This document shows positions 28,979 to 38,566 of a DNA stretch of 64,000 nucleotides, piece after piece (position 1 is the stretch's first letter; each line of letters starts with the position of its first letter). The position numbers and the translations under genes were made by a program. The stretch covers positions 78,007 through 142,006 of the forward strand of contig CAWIPT010000004.1 in the NCBI GenBank assembly GCA_963838125.1, given 5' to 3'. The notes under the pieces were generated by a model. That model had not been told where the DNA came from. It made no database searches and was given only the letters and a program-made list of their open reading frames with translations. The stretch is from an uncultured Chloroflexia bacterium (GTDB taxonomy: Bacteria > Chloroflexota > Limnocylindria > QHBO01).

Positions 28979-29662
28979 ATGGAGATCGCCCCCGACGTCC
29001 ACGCCGTCCCACTGAAGACCGCCGGTGGATTCCTCATTACCGAGGATCGCCTCACCCTGATCGACGCCGGGTTGGCGGGGTCACGACCGATCTTCCTTCG
29101 GTACCTGGAGGAGATCGGCCGAACCATCGACGAGCTGGACCGAATCGTGTGCACCCACGGCCATCCGGACCACGTTGGTGGCGTGCGCGAGCTGGCCGAT
29201 GGCTCATCGGCGGAAGTCTTCATCCATCCGGCCGACCTCGAGGGGGTGGGCCTCACGGTTCGGGAGGCGCTCGTCACGCCCACAGGTGGCAGTCTCCGTG
29301 GCCGCCTGCTCCAGGCCATGACCCCGCACCCCGGCGAGGCGACCGCGCTGAACGACGGCGACGTCCTGCCCGTCCTTGGCGGCCTGGAGGTCATCCACAC
29401 GCCAGGCCACACGCCGGGCAGCGTGTGCCTCTTTGCGCGTGGCCCGCGGATCCTGTTCACGGGCGACGTGCTCCAGGTTCGACGTGGCCGCCTGGCCTTC
29501 GCCAGCCCGATATTCAGCCATGACCATGCCCAGGCTCGGGCTTCGGTCCGGCGACTGTCCCACCTCGAGGTGGATATGATCGCGTTCAGCCATTACCGCC
29601 CGATGCGGGAGGGGGCCTCGGACGCCTTGGCCGACCTTGCCCGTCAGGCCGTTCCGTCGTGA
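28979..29662 (+). CDS. MBL-fold metallo-hydrolase
   Basis: Intact 227-aa ORF: CTHGHPDHVGG, HTPGHTPGSVC. Confidence 0.85.
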   Translation: MEIAPDVHAVPLKTAGGFLITEDRLTLIDAGLAGSRPIFLRYLEEIGRTIDELDRIVCTHGHPDHVGGVRELADGSSAEVFIHPADLEGVGLTVREALVTPTGGSLRGRLLQAMTPHPGEATALNDGDVLPVLGGLEVIHTPGHTPGSVCLFARGPRILFTGDVLQVRRGRLAFASPIFSHDHAQARASVRRLSHLEVDMIAFSHYRPMREGASDALADLARQAVPS

Positions 29663-29716
29663 TCTCGCCGCGGAGCGGGTGGAGCCTCCGGGTCCATAGA
29701 CCGACTGGAGAGGCGC

Positions 29717-32257
29717 ATGGCTGACACGGTCCTCGAGCTGATGCAGGAGGCGGTCGCCCGCTACGACCGCAAGCCATTCCTCCTCATCCGGCCCGGCTTC
29801 CGGACCCGGATCACTCGCTATCGCGACCTCGGGCGGATCGTGCCCCGCGTCGCCCGCGTCCTCCATGACCGGGGCCTGCGCAAGGGAGACCGCGCCATCA
29901 TCTGGGCCGTCAACCGGCCGGAATGGGGCATCACCCTGCTGGGCGCGATCCATGCCGGCGTGGTCCTCGTTCCGCTCGACGTCCGCAGCGCGCCGGATTT
30001 CGCGGCCAAGGTCGCGGCCAAGACCCGGGCCAGCCTCGTCTTCGCCTCCCAGCAGACCGCGGCCCAGGCGGCGGGGCTCGGGCTCCCCGTGGTCCTCATC
30101 GAGCGGATCCCGGACCTGGCACGAACGGCCGAGCCGCTGCCGGCCGCCGACATCGGTCCCGACGACCTGGTCGAGGTCCTGTTCACCTCCGGCACCACCG
30201 GCGAGCCGAAGGGGGCGATGCTGACCCACCGCAACCTGGCCTCGAACGCGCAGGAGCTGCCCAAGGTCTTCCCCATCGGTCCCAACGAGCGGATGCTCTC
30301 GGTCCTGCCCCTGTCCCACATCTTCGAGCAGTCACCGGGGTTCCTGGTGCCCATGCACGCGGGAGCCAGCGTGGTCTACCCGGTCAGCCGCCAGCCATCG
30401 GTCCTGCTGCGGACGTTCCGCGACTTCAAGGTGAGCATCCTGCTCATCGTTCCGCAGGGCCTGAAGCTGCTGGACAATGCCATCGAACGGAAGGTCGACC
30501 AGGGCGGCAAGCGGGCGACCTTCGAGAAGCTGCACCGATGGGCGGAGAACGCCCCACGCTTCATGCGGCGGCTCCTGTTCAGACCCGTCCTGTCCAGCTT
30601 CGGCGGACGGCTGCACACGGTGGGAATCGGCGGTTCCGCCCTCGACCCGGTGCTCGGCCAGCGCTGGGAGGAGATGGGGATCAGCGTCCTTCAGGGCTAC
30701 GGGGCCACCGAGCTGGGTCCGCTGGTCAGCTTCACGCGCAAGGAGAACAACCGGCTGGGGACGGTGGGTCAGGCGGTCGGCGGGGTGGAGATGCGGATCG
30801 CCGAGGACGGGGAGGTCATGGTCCGCAGCCCTGGAGTCTTCGCCGGCTACTGGGAGGACCCGGTGCGAACGGCGGAGGTGCTGGAGCCGGACGGCTGGTA
30901 CCACACCGGCGACATCGGCGAGATCAGCGCCGATGGGTTCCTGACCCTGCGCGGCCGGAAGAAGGACATGCTGGCCATGCCCGACGGCACCAAGGTCTAC
31001 CCCGAGGACATCGAGGCGGTCCTGGTCAAGGACGCGCGCCTCAAGGATGCGACGGTGGTCGGATTCCCGGTCGGGCCGGACCTGAAGATCCACGCCGTCC
31101 TGTTGACCGATGACGGAGCCGATGCGGAGGCGGTCATCCGCGACGCGAATGACCAGCTCGGCGCCCATCAGCAGATCCGCGCCCACTCCATCTGGCCCGA
31201 GGAGGACTTCCCGCGCACCCACACCCTCAAGGTCAAGAAGCGCGAGGTCATCGCACGGCTCGAGTCCGAGGTCGCAGCTGCCCGGTCCGCGGCTCCGGTC
31301 GCAGCGGTCGGCGTAACAGCCGCCGCTACGGGGCCGGTCACCACCCTCGACACACTCATCGGCCTGGTGGCGGCCATCGCCGAATTGAGCCCGGACGCGA
31401 TCCAGCCCACCGCACGCCTGTCCTCGGATCTGAACATGGACTCTCTCCACCGCGTCGAGCTGCTCGGCGTCATCGAGGAGGAGATGGGCGTGTTCGTGGA
31501 CGACTCGGCCCTGGACCCGGAGGCCACCGTCGCCCAGATCGCGGCCATGATCGACGCCTCGCGGGAGTTGAAGCACGAAACCGGCGTCCTGGCCTGGCCG
31601 CTGCACCCGGTCAGCCGAGCGGTGGGCATGACCTTCCAGGAGCTCGTCACTGCTCCGCTCCTCAACCTGTGCTATCGGATCACCATCCGCGGCCAGGAGA
31701 ACCTCACCGGGCTCGAGGGTCCGGTCCTGTTCGCGTCGAACCACTGCCTGCATACCGACAACCAGATCGTGATGTCATCCATGCCGTTCATCTGGCGCTG
31801 GCGACTGTCGGTGGCGGCGTCGGCTGAACGGGTGTGGAGCAAGCCGCACATGGCGGTCGCCGGCGGCCTGCTGGCCAACGCCTTTCCCATCGCCCGCGAG
31901 GGCGGGGCGCGGCGGAGCTTCGAGCTGCTCGGGGCACGCCTCGACCGGCGGTTCAACATCCTCATCTACCCCGAGGGCGAGCTGACCGTGGGCGGACCGA
32001 TGAAGCCGTTCCTGGCCGGCACCGGGCTGGTGGCGGTGGAGTCCGCGACGGCGGTAGTGCCCACCAAGCTGCGAATCGGACAGATGTCGTGGATCGACGC
32101 CTACTGGCCGGGGCGTGAGCCTCCGAACCTGAATGGAACCAGGGCTGCGCCGCGGGGCGACGTCGAGGTCGTATTTGGCGAGCCAATTTGGTTCCCGTCC
32201 GACACGGACCCGGCGGTTGCCACGGCCCGCCTCGAGGATGCACTCGGCGCCCTCTAG
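29717..32257 (+). CDS. Tri-domain protein: AMP-dependent acyl ligase / phosphopantetheine carrier domain / PlsC-type acyltransferase
   Basis: Intact 846-aa ORF: FTSGTTGEPKGAMLTHRNL, QGYGATELGP, YHTGDIGE..GFLTLRGRKKDM (adenylation); SSDLNMDSLHRVELLG (carrier Ser); FASNHCLHTDNQ (HX4D) and LIYPEGELT (acyltransferase). Confidence 0.85.
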   Translation: MADTVLELMQEAVARYDRKPFLLIRPGFRTRITRYRDLGRIVPRVARVLHDRGLRKGDRAIIWAVNRPEWGITLLGAIHAGVVLVPLDVRSAPDFAAKVAAKTRASLVFASQQTAAQAAGLGLPVVLIERIPDLARTAEPLPAADIGPDDLVEVLFTSGTTGEPKGAMLTHRNLASNAQELPKVFPIGPNERMLSVLPLSHIFEQSPGFLVPMHAGASVVYPVSRQPSVLLRTFRDFKVSILLIVPQGLKLLDNAIERKVDQGGKRATFEKLHRWAENAPRFMRRLLFRPVLSSFGGRLHTVGIGGSALDPVLGQRWEEMGISVLQGYGATELGPLVSFTRKENNRLGTVGQAVGGVEMRIAEDGEVMVRSPGVFAGYWEDPVRTAEVLEPDGWYHTGDIGEISADGFLTLRGRKKDMLAMPDGTKVYPEDIEAVLVKDARLKDATVVGFPVGPDLKIHAVLLTDDGADAEAVIRDANDQLGAHQQIRAHSIWPEEDFPRTHTLKVKKREVIARLESEVAAARSAAPVAAVGVTAAATGPVTTLDTLIGLVAAIAELSPDAIQPTARLSSDLNMDSLHRVELLGVIEEEMGVFVDDSALDPEATVAQIAAMIDASRELKHETGVLAWPLHPVSRAVGMTFQELVTAPLLNLCYRITIRGQENLTGLEGPVLFASNHCLHTDNQIVMSSMPFIWRWRLSVAASAERVWSKPHMAVAGGLLANAFPIAREGGARRSFELLGARLDRRFNILIYPEGELTVGGPMKPFLAGTGLVAVESATAVVPTKLRIGQMSWIDAYWPGREPPNLNGTRAAPRGDVEVVFGEPIWFPSDTDPAVATARLEDALGAL

Positions 32258-33750
32258 AGCAGGCGGCTCTGGAGCAGGAGCATCAGGACGTGGGCGGCGG
32301 CGTCTGACATCTGGTCCAGGACCTCGGCATTGACGTTGTCCGGCGCGTCGCACGACAGGTGGTAGCACGGGTCCATCGGCGCATCGGCTTCGCCGCCGAA
32401 GAGCTTCGCCTGCTCATCGGTCTTCTCCTCCGAGGCGCCGGTGAACAGACCGCCGGTGGGGATCAGGAAGTCGTCGAACGCGGCGTGGTCTGATCCGCCT
32501 CCAATGTCCTCCCCTTCCCACGTGAGCCCGACCTCGTCGAAGTAGGCCCCGAATGCATCGGTGATGTCACCCGCGGCGGTGACCGCGCTGGACGAGTCGT
32601 AGACCTGTCGGACGAAGTTGGGCGACCCGATCATGTCGAAGTTGAGGTAGGCCACGACCTTGTCGAGGTCCTCCGGGTCCTGGGACGTGACCCAGTTGTA
32701 CGAGCCGTACAGGCCGAGCTCCTCGACGGCCCAGAAGGCGAAGCGGACCGTGCGCTGCGTCGGCTCCATGTCCGCCAGCTGAAGGGCAATCTCCAGGTTG
32801 GACATCGTGCCCGAGCCGTTGTCGTTGATCCCCGGGCCATCGATGACCGAGTCGAGATGGCCGCCGATCATCACCACCTGCTCCCCAGTCTCGCCCTCGG
32901 CGCTGCCCGCGCGCTCGGCCAGGACGTTGGCGGTGAGCCGGTCCTGGATGAGGGTCTCGACCATGAGATGGACCGATCCACCCGCGTCGGCGGCCGCGCG
33001 GAGCGCCGCACCGGCCTCGTTCGAGGCGTAGAGCGCGGGGATCTCGATGCCGTCCGGCTCGAGAAGCGTCGGCCGGCGGACGCTCCCGACCTCGTAGTCC
33101 GGCGACGAGACGATCAGCGCTGCCGCCCCGGCGTCCTGTGCCTCCTCGACCATCTGCCGCCGGAAGCACGGCCCGGGGCCGGCCACCGCGACGGCTCCGG
33201 TCGGGAAGTTCTCCCAGTCGGTGGGCTCGCACCCGCCGGAGCGGATCGGTCGGCCTTCCTCGTCGACGGCGACGGCCACGATGGGCGCCTCGATGTCACC
33301 CGACCGGGAGAAGATCAGGGCTCGGAGGTGGTCGCTGCCGGAGAAGGAAGGACCGCCGATGACGTCCACCTGGGGCGGTGCGGTCTCGTTGAAGTACGGG
33401 AACGTGAACTCGTCGAGCGTGACCGCATAGCCGGCCGCGGTCAGCGCGTCAGCCACGTACTCCTGCGAGAGGGTGTAACCCTGAGTTCCGGACGCTCTGG
33501 TCCCGTCGCCGGACTGGGCTGCGGCGAACAGCTCGTCGAGGTGGCCCTGGATGGCGGCCGGTTCGACCGCATCGCGGAGCGCCTCGCTGACCACCAGGTC
33601 GACGGCCGATCCGCCGCCCGACCCGCCAGCACTGGCATTGGCCGAGGGGCTCGGCTGGGGCGACGTGGTCTGGCACGCCGCGAGGGTGAGAATGGCGAGG
33701 ACGGCGAATCTCGAGACCCGGCGAGGCTGGTTGACCATTCGCCGAACCAT
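32254..33750 (-). CDS. M28 family aminopeptidase lipoprotein with PA domain
   Basis: Intact 498-aa ORF: lipobox AILTLAAC, MIGGHLDSVIDGPGINDNGSG, FWAVEELGLYGS, NFDMIGSPN. Confidence 0.85.
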   Translation of the reverse strand: MVRRMVNQPRRVSRFAVLAILTLAACQTTSPQPSPSANASAGGSGGGSAVDLVVSEALRDAVEPAAIQGHLDELFAAAQSGDGTRASGTQGYTLSQEYVADALTAAGYAVTLDEFTFPYFNETAPPQVDVIGGPSFSGSDHLRALIFSRSGDIEAPIVAVAVDEEGRPIRSGGCEPTDWENFPTGAVAVAGPGPCFRRQMVEEAQDAGAAALIVSSPDYEVGSVRRPTLLEPDGIEIPALYASNEAGAALRAAADAGGSVHLMVETLIQDRLTANVLAERAGSAEGETGEQVVMIGGHLDSVIDGPGINDNGSGTMSNLEIALQLADMEPTQRTVRFAFWAVEELGLYGSYNWVTSQDPEDLDKVVAYLNFDMIGSPNFVRQVYDSSSAVTAAGDITDAFGAYFDEVGLTWEGEDIGGGSDHAAFDDFLIPTGGLFTGASEEKTDEQAKLFGGEADAPMDPCYHLSCDAPDNVNAEVLDQMSDAAAHVLMLLLQSRLL

Positions 33751-33806
33751 AGCCGCGACGGTGGCTGGGGGTTCGAACCGCGCACCGCGGTTGCTATGCT
33801 GCTGCC

Positions 33807-34229
33807 ATGGCAGCCGACGAGAAGATCTCCCTCCTCAAGACCATCCCGATGTTCGCCACCTGCGAAAACCGGGAGCTCGAGCGGATCGGCATGCTGACCG
33901 AGGAAGTGGACCTTCCCGCCGGCCGGGTGCTGTTCTCGCAGGGCGACTCCGCGTCGGAGCTGTTCATCGTGGTCAGCGGCCAGGTGCGCGTGGAGCGCAA
34001 TGGCAGCCTGCTCGCCATGCGCGGCCCGGGCGAGTTCTTTGGCGAGATCGCGCTGGTGTCGGAGGGCACCCGAACCGCCACCGCAACCTGCGAGACCGAT
34101 GTCCGCCTGTTCGTCCTCGTCCATCGCGACTTCCACAGCCTGATGGACGAGTTCCCGAACCTGAAGATGCGCGTTCTCGAGACCCTGGCCCACCGGGTCC
34201 GCACGCTGGACACGGTTTCGGTCCACTGA
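33807..34229 (+). CDS. Stand-alone cyclic-nucleotide-binding domain protein
   Basis: Intact 140-aa ORF: LFSQGDSASELFIVVSGQVRV, GEFFGEIALVSEGTRTATA. No HTH or other output domain. Confidence 0.8.
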   Translation: MAADEKISLLKTIPMFATCENRELERIGMLTEEVDLPAGRVLFSQGDSASELFIVVSGQVRVERNGSLLAMRGPGEFFGEIALVSEGTRTATATCETDVRLFVLVHRDFHSLMDEFPNLKMRVLETLAHRVRTLDTVSVH

Positions 34230-34333
34230 TCGCGCGCGGGCCGTCCGCGCTCCGAGCCGATTGACCGCGACCTATGATGCGCGCGCAGGCGGCGCACGCA
34301 GTGGGCCGACTCTCTGCACGAGGAGGAAGGTCC

Positions 34334-35402
34334 ATGCCCGCCCGTCGCATCGCCCGGCCCCTGGCGCTGGTTGGAGCAGTCATTTTCGTCCTGGCCGCGT
34401 GCGGACCAGGGACCGCCCCGCAGGAGAGCGGATCGGTCGAGCTGCAGGTCCTGAACTTTGCCGGTTACATGCCGCCGGACATCGCGGAACGGTTCGAGGC
34501 CGCAACCGGACACACCATCGTCGTAACCGAGTCCGCTTCCAATGAGGACACGGTTGCGAAGCTCGAGGCGTCACAGCCGGGGACGTACGACGTCGCCTTC
34601 CTGACCTCCAGCTTCGCCGAGGCGATGAACAAGGCCGAGAAGCTCGAGCAGCTCGACCACGACCAGATCCCGAACCTGGCAAACCTCTACCCGGAGGCGA
34701 CCGAGCTGCCGCATGACGTGGGCAACGTGTTCTCGGTTCCGTACACCTGGGGGACGACCGGCATCTGCTACCGCACCGATCTCGTCAAAACGGAAATCGA
34801 CAGCTGGAACGACCTGCTGACCCCGAGCGAAGAGCTGACGGGCCTCGTGACCCTGATGGACGAGGACCGCTGGCTCATGCTGCCGGGGCTGAAGGCCTTG
34901 GGCTACTCGATGAACAGCACGGATGAAGCTGAGCTGGAAGCGGCGGGCGATCTCCTGATCGCGGCGAAGGAGACCATGCTCAAGTTCGATGCCGAGACGT
35001 TCTACACCCTCCTGGACAGCGAGGAGGCGCTCGCGGTCGAGGCGTGGGATGGATGGTGCGAGTACGTCGAGAACCCGAACGACGCGTTTGTGATCCCCGA
35101 GGAGGGCTCGGATCTGTTCGTCGACACCATGACCATCCCTGAAGGGCTCGACGCGCCTGACCGCCGCCCACCAGTTCATCGACTTCATCCTCGAAGAGGA
35201 GAACGGGACGTGGGTTCCGGAGAACATCTTCTATAAGGTCCCGACGGCCGCCATGGAACTGCTGAGCCAGGAGACCCTCGATACCATGCCGAGCCTGGCG
35301 ATCCCACCGGCCGACCTGTTCGAGCAGGAGTCTTTGCGCGACCTCGGTGATGGGCAGTCGACCTTCACCGACGCCGCCACACGGGTCAAGGCCGCCGAAT
35401 AG
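34334..35402 (+). pseudogene. potD: Spermidine/putrescine ABC transporter substrate-binding lipoprotein, one frameshift as assembled
   Basis: ORF 34274..35236 from ATG 34334 (AGGAGGAAGG upstream; lipobox VLAAC; YTWGTTGICYR). It continues in another frame to TAG 35400-35402 (AHQFIDFILEEENG...). Removing one G of GGG 35143-35145 joins them. Confidence 0.85.
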
Positions 35403-35427
35403 CGCGGTTGCGCTCACAAGCCAGTAG

Positions 35428-36315
35428 ATGAGCGGCCAGGCGCCCGAGACGCGGCGCCTGGGCCGCCTGCGTCACGGTCGGCTGACTCTCGCACCCGCCT
35501 TCCTCTGGTGGGTGCTCTTCCTGCTGATCCCGATCGGGCTCATCCTCATCAGCTCGTTCTTCCGGCGTGGCCAGTTCGGCGGAATCGTCTTCGACTTCAC
35601 CCTCGACAACTACGTCCGTGCCTTCGATCCCCTGTTCCTCGGGGTCCTCGGGTATTCGGTCCAGATGGCGCTCCTGAGCACGCTCATCTGCCTGCTGATC
35701 GGCTTCCCGGCCGCGTACTTCATCGCGACCCGGTCGAGCACCCAGGTCAAGAACGTCCTGCTCCTGCTGGTGATCCTGCCCTTCCTGACCAACTTCCTGA
35801 TCCGCACCTATGCGTGGATCGTCCTTCTCAATCGGGAAGGGATCGTCAACAACGCGCTTCAGAGCGCTGGCCTCATCAACGAGCCGATTTCGCTGCTGTA
35901 CAACGATTTCGCGGTCGTCATGGGCCTCGTATACGGCTACCTGCCGCTCATGATCCTCCCCCTGTACGCGGCCCTCGAGCGCCTCAAGCCGGATCTCCGC
36001 GAAGCGGCCGAGGATCTCGGCGCCCGCCCGGGCCGGATCCTGCGGACCGTCACCCTGCCTCTCATCCTGCCGGGCTGGTCGCCGGCTGCGTCTTCGTCTT
36101 CGTGCCCTCCCTCGGGAATTTCCCGGTCCCGCAGCTGCTCGGGGGTGGTCAGCGAATCATGATCGGAAACCTCATCAATCAGCAGTTCCTCGAAGCCCGC
36201 GACTGGCCGTTCGGCTCGACGCCTCGCCCTGCTTCTCATGCTCGTCCTGATCGTCGTCCTGGTCGTGCAGGCGCGAGCCCTACGCCGCAGCCGGGAGATC
36301 GCGCTCGATGCGTGA
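35428..36315 (+). pseudogene. potB: Spermidine/putrescine ABC transporter permease, two opposite frameshifts as assembled
   Basis: ORF 35428..36162 (N-terminal part), the middle in the frame of ORF 35508..36521 (LVAGCVFVFVPSLGNFPVPQLLGGGQRIMIGNLI), and the tail LALLLMLVLIVVLVVQ ending TGA 36313-36315. Breaks near 36075 (missing C) and 36222 (extra C). Confidence 0.85.
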
Positions 36316-37123
36316 CGCGCGCCCCGGCTCGTCCCCCTGGCTCAAGGTCCACATGGGGCTGCTGTTCGGCTTCCTCTACCTGCCGCTCGTCGTACTGGTC
36401 GTCCTCTCGTTCAACGACGCCCAGCGGGCAATCGTGTCGTGGCAGGGTTTCACCACGCGCTGGTACGTCGAGGCATTCAGCGACCCGGCGTTGCTCGGGG
36501 CCCTCGGCACGACGCTGTTGATCGCAGCGGTCGCGACCCTCATCTCGGTCGTGATCGGGACGATGCTGGCCTTTGGCCTCGAGCGCTATACGCGAAGCAG
36601 CGTCCTCGACAGCACGGTCTACTTCCCGCTGCTGGTGCCGGATATCGTGCTCGCGATCTCGCTACTCGTCGTTCTTCTCGCTCATCCGCTTCCCGCTCGG
36701 GCCCGTTTCGATCATCATCGCCCACGCGGTGTGGGGCATCGCGTTCGCGGCGGCGATCGTGCGGACCAGGCTGCGGGGGTTCGACCGGTCGATCGAGGAG
36801 GCCTCGCTGGACCTGGGGGTGCGCGAAGTGCCGACGTTCTTCCGGGTGACCCTGCCGATCATCCTGCCTGGCGTCGTCGCCGCGGCGCTCGTGGTGTTCA
36901 CGCTCTCGGTCGACGAGTTCGTGATCGCGTACTTCACCGCCGGCAGACGACGACGTTCCCGATCCAGGTCTATTCAATGATCCGCTTCGGGGTCACACCG
37001 GCGATCAACGCCGTCGCGACGATGCTGATCGGCTTCAGCATGTTGCTCGTCTTCGTGGCCCTCTACCTGAACCGGGGACGCTCGACCGGCAGCGAGCCGC
37101 TTGAAGAGGATGCCCCGGCATGA
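36308..37123 (+). pseudogene. potC: Spermidine/putrescine ABC transporter permease, two compensating frameshifts as assembled
   Basis: ORF 36308..37123 is open throughout, but residues ~120-215 read correctly only in the frame of ORF 36573..36980 (FFSLIRFPLGPVSIIIAHAVWGIAFAAAIVRTRL, EASLDLG, ILPGVVAAALVVFTLSVDEFVIAYFTAG). Breaks near 36671 and 36944. Confidence 0.85.
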
Positions 37124-38210
37124 CAGAGCAGCCGAGGACAGCCACGGGAACGCGACGTGATCGTGGTCGACGCACGCGATCAAGGACTTCGGGCCGGTCC
37201 GAGCCCTCGACGATGTGTCGATGACGATTCGCGAGAACGAGTTCTTCGCGCTCCTGGGCCCGAGCGGATGCGGCAAGACGACTCTCCTCCGCTGCCTCGG
37301 CGGATTCGAGCACCTGACCTCGGGCCGCCTGCTGCTTGACGGACGCGACCTCGCCGGCACGCGACCGTACGACCGTCCGTTGAACATGATGTTCCAGTCC
37401 TATGCCCTGTTCCCGCACATGACCGTCCGGGACAACGTGGCCTACGGCCTGCGGGCGGAGCGGGTCCCGACCGATGACGTCCGGACACGCGTGGACGACG
37501 TCCTGCAAATCGTGGGCATGTCCGCGCTGGGCGACCGCCGCCCGAATCAACTGTCCGGCGGCCAGCGGCAGCGGGTCGCACTGGCCCGGGCGATCGTGAA
37601 GCGGCCGCGCGTCCTGCTGCTCGACGAGCCGCTGGCGGCGCTGGACCGCAAGCTGAGGCAGGAGATGCAGATCGAGCTGAAGCGCCTCCAGCATGAGGTG
37701 GGCATCACCTTCGTTGTCGTCACCCATGACCAGGAGGAGGCACTGTCCATCGCCGACCGGATCGCGGTCATGCACGCGGGTCAGGCCCTCCAGATCGGAA
37801 CGCCGGTCGAGCTGTACGAGCGCCCGGTTAACCATTTCGTGGCGGCGTTCATCGGAAAGATGAACTTCCTGCGTGGAACGGTGGAAACGGAGGGCCTGCG
37901 GGCCGCTCCCTACGGGCTGCTCCCGGTTGACGGATCCGACCTGCCGGTGGGGACGTCCGCCTACCTGGCCATTCGACCGGAGTCGGCCCGCCTGCTCGGG
38001 GAGCAGGAAGCTGTCCAACCGGAGGAGGTCGCGCTACCGGGTGTTGTCGAAGCCGTCGCCTTCATCGGCTCGCAGGTCCACACCCATCTTCGGCTGGACG
38101 GTGGCGACCAGTTCGTGGTCACCTCCGCCCAGCGACGGTCCTTACCGTCAGCCGGCGAAGCTCGTCGGGTGAGCTGGTCCCCGAAGGACGCCCGCGTCCT
38201 GGCGGAATGA
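37120..38210 (+). pseudogene. potA: Spermidine/putrescine ABC transporter ATPase, 5' end frameshifted as assembled
   Basis: ORF 37215..38210 (LLGPSGCGKTTLL, LSGGQRQRVALARA, LLLDEPL). Upstream IKDFGPVRALDDVS, DVIVVDAR and MTEQPRT (ATG 37120, ATGA overlap with potC) lie in three different frames. Confidence 0.85.
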
Positions 38211-38225
38211 AAGGAGCGCGGAGCC

Positions 38226-38564
38226 ATGGCTGACCAGGCAGGAGGTGTCTACTACTCGCGAACGAGCACCGATGCCTGGCAGCCTGACCTCGACGTGGGC
38301 GGCTGGTCGCACATGCTGTTCGAGCACGGAACGGACTCTATGGCGGGGCTGTGGCGGGCCGATCCGCACGCCGAGCGGCGGATGGTCGAGGTCCCGATTC
38401 CAGCACGCGAGACGATCCTCGTCCTGGAAGGAAGTGCGCGCGTCTCGGTGGATGGAGGCGAGCCCCGCGACCTGGGGGTTGGCGACATGATCTCGATCCC
38501 TGCCCGTTCGCACGTTGGATGGGACCCGGCTCCGGACTGCGTTGTGTTCTGGGTCTACTCCTGA
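38226..38564 (+). CDS. Cupin domain protein (cupin_3/DUF861-like)
   Basis: Intact 112-aa ORF: ETILVLEGSARVSVDGGEPRDLGVGDMISIPA. Confidence 0.6.
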   Translation: MADQAGGVYYSRTSTDAWQPDLDVGGWSHMLFEHGTDSMAGLWRADPHAERRMVEVPIPARETILVLEGSARVSVDGGEPRDLGVGDMISIPARSHVGWDPAPDCVVFWVYS

Positions 38565-38566
38565 GG

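Noticed and set aside
36308-37123. potC taken as intact because its ORF is uninterrupted
   Set aside because: Residues ~120-215 of that ORF (LAHPLPARARFDHHRPRG...) are not permease-like. The conserved sequence is in the frame of ORF 36573..36980, which implies two compensating indels.
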